Source: Felis catus (lineage: Eukaryota). From it: a stretch of 64,000 nucleotides of DNA. Positions within the stretch are counted from its first letter, which is position 1. The number at the start of each line of letters is the position of its first letter. This document shows positions 60,611 to 64,000 of the stretch, one piece after another. Under the pieces are notes generated by a model. It did not search any database. It was not told the DNA's origin and saw only the letters and a program-made list of their open reading frames with translations. The stretch lies in the NCBI RefSeq assembly GCF_018350175.1, contig NC_058368.1, positions 92,134,001 to 92,198,000 on the forward strand. The letters are read 5' to 3'. Both the position numbers and the translations under genes were made by a program.

Positions 60611-62510
60611 GGCCAGTCCTGGCCTTGCCCTTCCTGCACCTAGAGTCCTGAGAGGGGAGGGAAATGGGTGGCACCAGCTCAGGCCCGTATCTTCCCTCCC
60701 CTGCCAGGGGTAGGGCTCAGAGGGATGGGTGGACAGCAGTCTGGCCAAGGCATCCTTTCTCTTGCCTGTGCCGGGGATGGGGGCCCTAGGAGGCTAGTCT
60801 GAACCAGACTGGAATGATGGCAGAGAAGTGGGGCTGGAGAAGGGAGGAGAGGCCGAGGGCCGTGGTCGGTCTCCTCAGACTCAAGATCTTCCTGTTCCTC
60901 CCCTGACCACTGGGACTCCATCATGGGTATGGATGGGATTGCACCTCCGTTGCCTCTCCATTAGGTAACTACAAGACGGAGCTATACGACCCTGCTATGG
61001 AAAAGTACCAGCCCTCCCCCCAGTGGATCAATTTATTCGTGTTTGTGAAGGACCCGGAGAACAAGGTGAGGTAGGCCTTTACTCCTTGCAGCCTTCCACC
61101 GGGCCCCCACCCCCAGGCCCCCAGAGTCAATGTGTAGCCTTCTCTAGTCCTTCATTTCTCACAGAAGGATCTGTCTTCTCACAGGCAGGATAGCTTAAGG
61201 AGGGCCGTGCTCTTTGCAAACTGTACTCTGTATTGGCAATGCTGGGATCTGAGAATTTCTGGCCAAACTGATGTCCTTTCTTTCACACTGTCCCCTCTGG
61301 CCTGTGGGGGTGTAGACCTGGGATACCCCTACAATTCTTCTGGAAGCAGGTGTATGGCTAACATCTCTGTGCTCACTGGAGGCTGCTTCCTCTAGAACCT
61401 TCTGGCCCGTCAGTACGGCCCTCAGGGCAGCTTCACCTTCACCTCCCAGTCTCCAGGAGAGCACCAGATCTGCCTCCACCTTGAGTCTATCCGGTTCGCC
61501 CTCTTCTATGATGGCAAGCTGGTGAGTGTGGCAGGTGGGAGGTCCACCATCCCCAGGGGCTCAATTTCTCTGCCTCTAGAGTGAGAAGGGTGCAGTGGGT
61601 GGTGCCTGTTGAGTAGGGCTGGGACTTTACATGAAGTAAGCACATGGGGAACAGATCTTGAGGATAAAAGGAGACCTTGGGAGGGAGTTACCGTGACTTA
61701 AAATCCTCCCTCGGCTCCCTGCCCCATCCCTAGGATACAGACTGAGTTTCACCATGTGAAATTCAGAGCTGTTCTGCTGATTGCTTCAGGCCTCTCCATT
61801 GTCATCTCCCAATGCAGGACTTCTAGTAAACTGCCTCAGAGTCTTACCTCTGTTTCCTTTGCACATGTTGTCCCTATCCTTGGTGTTTTGAATATACAAC
61901 TCCACACAAGCCGAGTCCCGATCTAGTGTTTGGACGCCCAGAGCAAGGCCAGTCAACAAGTTGGTGTGTGAGGAACAGTGTCAGGCCCAGGCTGGGATGC
62001 AGAAGCTAGATTTCCAGCAGGTCCATGGAGCTAAGCTCCCTGACTCCCACCTTTGGTTCCCCCGTTCCAGGCCATTCACTTGGATATGCAGTTGGGTGAA
62101 CGCAGCAACGATTACGTGGAGTTTGCAGCCAAGGACAAGCTGACCCAGCTGCATCTGCGTGTCCAGCAGCTTGTGGAGCAGGTGGAGTTGATCCAGAAGG
62201 AGCAGGAATACCAGAGGGTGAGGGGCTGGGTTGGGCTGGCACAGTTGGGACGGAGGATGTGTCACCTCCTGGGAAGGGAAGCTTCCCGCTCTTCCCCCAG
62301 AGTGGGTGGGGGTGCAATTCAGTTCCGGACGCGTATCTACTCCCTTCTCCCCTCCCACAGTGGCGAGAGGAGCGCTTCCGGCAGACCAGCGAGAGCACCA
62401 ACCAGCGGGTGCTGTGGTGGTCCATTCTGCAGACCTTCATCCTTGTGGCCACAGGTGTCTGGCAGATGCAGCACCTCAAGAGTTTCTTTAAAGCCAAGAA
62501 GCTGGTGTAG
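60470..62510 (+). CDS. TMED9-like p24alpha paralog, 217 aa; join(60470..60599,60965..61065,61396..61521,62071..62217,62361..62510)
   Basis: Five exons (130+101+126+147+150 = 654 nt) with GT-AG introns and no stops or frameshifts. Exons 2-5 are the same length and phase as TMED9. Signal peptide [19 protein letters not shown], both GOLD cysteines (KCFIQ, QICLH), coiled coil, TM segment and FFKAKKLV tail. About 71% identical to TMED9 over the mature protein (140/198, hand count). Confidence 0.92.
60965..61065 (+). CDS. TMED9-like paralog coding exon 2
   Basis: Acceptor ccattag|G, donor AAG|gtgagg; encodes [34 protein letters not shown]. Confidence 0.92.
61396..61521 (+). CDS. TMED9-like paralog coding exon 3
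   Basis: Acceptor ttcctctag|A, donor CTG|gtgagt; encodes [42 protein letters not shown]. Confidence 0.92.
62071..62217 (+). CDS. TMED9-like paralog coding exon 4
   Basis: Acceptor cgttccag|G, donor AGG|gtgagg; encodes [49 protein letters not shown]. Confidence 0.92.
62361..62510 (+). CDS. TMED9-like paralog coding exon 5 (terminal)
   Basis: Acceptor cctcccacag|T; encodes [49 protein letters not shown] then TAG. Confidence 0.93.
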   Translation, partial: WREERFRQTSESTNQRVLWWSILQTFILVATGVWQMQHLKSFFKAKKLV

Positions 62511-62824
62511 GTGGGCCCCAGAAACCCAGCCCCAACTCATTCCCCTTCTGTTCACTGATGGGAAGTGGCCTGGCTTGGTCTATTTCCTGGTTCCCAACCC
62601 CCCAACCCTGCAGGGCTTCCTTGCTTACTGGCAGGGGGACAGAGGACTTCTTTGAACTGGTTTCTCAGCCAGCACTTGGGAAAGGATGGGTTTCCCACTA
62701 AACGCTTGGTCGGGGAGCTGAAGGATTCTGTGTGGCTCTGTGCTGCTGAGGAGGGTGACGGGACCCCATCCCCAGGCTAAACCAGATGGATGAACTATCC
62801 CAAGATGGAGAATTAAGAGTGAAT

Positions 62825-62830
62825 TATAAA
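62825..62830 (+). terminator. Candidate poly(A) signal of the TMED9-like gene (variant TATAAA); a canonical AATAAA lies at 63583-63588
   Basis: Hexamer ~315 nt after the stop codon, followed by a GT/T-rich stretch at ~62885-62897. Confidence 0.35.
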
Positions 62831-64000
62831 CTGCAGACTCTCTGACCTAAGCATTTATTGCCTCCTACTCTGCAATTCATTCCGGTGTTTTGTTTCTAAT
62901 CAGATATTGATAGGTGTGTGAGGCCCCACATGTACTGGTGGGGGCTGATCCCAAAATGGATGGGGTGAAGGAAGCTTGTACTCCAAAAGCCTTAGCAACT
63001 TGTGGAGTCCTTTCCAGAAAAGTCCAATTTGGGTCCATCTTATGGGTAACCTGAGTGCTTGTGCGGATCCTCTGTCTCTTTCTGGGGTTGGGTCGAGTTC
63101 ATGTGCTATTCTAGCCACTTGGACTGCTGGGTTCTTCCAGGAGGTCAGGTGGGCACCTCTGTCTTCCTACTATTTTCTGCCAATCTGTGTCTCTCTTTGT
63201 GATGTCACTGGTTGATTTTTTTCAGGAGATTCTTTTTCTCTTTTCTTTCCTTCTTCCCCCTCCTTCCCTCCTTCCTTTCTCTCTTTGTTCCTTTTTCTTT
63301 CTTCCTCTTTCTTCCCTCCTTACTTCCTCTTTCCCTCCCTCTCTCTTCCTTCCTTTCTTTTTCTTAAACAAGATTGGAAGTAATTGTTTCCATTATGTTC
63401 AGCATTCCTGTGACTCAGCCTTCACATGTGCACACAGGTATAGATAACCAGGCATCTATGTACCCACTGCATCTGCCTGATCTAGCCCACGTTTTACCAA
63501 GCCCTCTGCTGGTTGCTCTGTTGGAATATAGTCAGCGCTCATATGAATCTGATGTTTTCTGTCATAAGGAAGCTCACTCATCAATAAAATCAAGTCCAAA
63601 TCATCAAGGCCAAGGGAGACTCCCCATTAGGAGGGGGAAGTTGTGACAAACCCTGCTCTTGGCCCCTGGGACAGACACAACCTCCCCTAAGATACTCTTG
63701 AGGGACGCTGCAAGCCTTGGAGATATTGCTCATTTGTGGGTGTGGTCATGACTGGCCTCTGGAAAGTATGAATGGACTGAACTGAAGGCTGAGGGAAACC
63801 ACTAGAGAGTAACCAGAGTATGTGATCATAGGGTCCATTACCCTTACTTGAAGCTGGTGCATATGTGTGTGTGGGGGGAGGGGGGTGCTCTGCTGTCTGC
63901 CACAGGAGAAGCAGAGTGATCCAGAAAGGCACACTCTTGCACACGGAGCCTCTGGTCTGACACCAAATGAGGCAGGGCTTGAACAACAGCTAAGGGTGAT

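Noticed and set aside
60470..62510. Calling the plus-strand p24 gene TMED11 or TMED4
   Set aside because: Exon 5 is 92% identical to the neighbouring TMED9 at both protein and DNA level, the exon sizes match and the promoter motifs are shared. It does not resemble TMED11 as I recall it. I left it without a symbol pending phylogeny.
60470..62510. Processed pseudogene or assembly duplicate of TMED9
   Set aside because: It has four GT-AG introns of different size and sequence, an intact frame and ~29% protein divergence.
62053..62655. 200-aa ORF running through paralog exon 4 and intron 4
   Set aside because: Read-through of the 143-nt intron puts exon 5 out of frame; the spliced model matches TMED9 structure exactly.

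Overview
Mammalian genomic DNA, almost certainly from a felid (felid-type CAN-SINEs and a carnivore/felid L1). Bases 1 to ~31.6 kb contain no recognisable gene. They are AT-rich and packed with repeats: dozens of tRNA-derived CAN-SINEs, a near full-length dead L1 (16911-23623) with target-site duplications, older L1 fragments, LTRs and hAT MITEs. The GC-rich right half holds three intact spliced genes that I reconstructed exon by exon with GT-AG junctions: B4GALT7 (minus, 6 exons, 327 aa), TMED9/p24alpha2 (minus, 5 exons, 235 aa) and a second p24alpha gene (plus, 5 exons, 217 aa) lying head-to-head ~9.9 kb from TMED9. The third gene is the main point of interest. It is an intron-containing inverted duplicate of TMED9, not TMED11 or TMED4. 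Its luminal GOLD domain is strongly diverged (~60% identity, N-glycan sequon lost), while its transmembrane and tail exon is 92% identical and contains an apparent gene-conversion tract. It also keeps a duplicated ZNF143-type promoter motif and has a GTG at the position of the TMED9 start codon. Repeat family names and comparisons with human are from memory, not database searches. Repeat boundaries are approximate unless TSDs are given, and only representative SINEs are listed.
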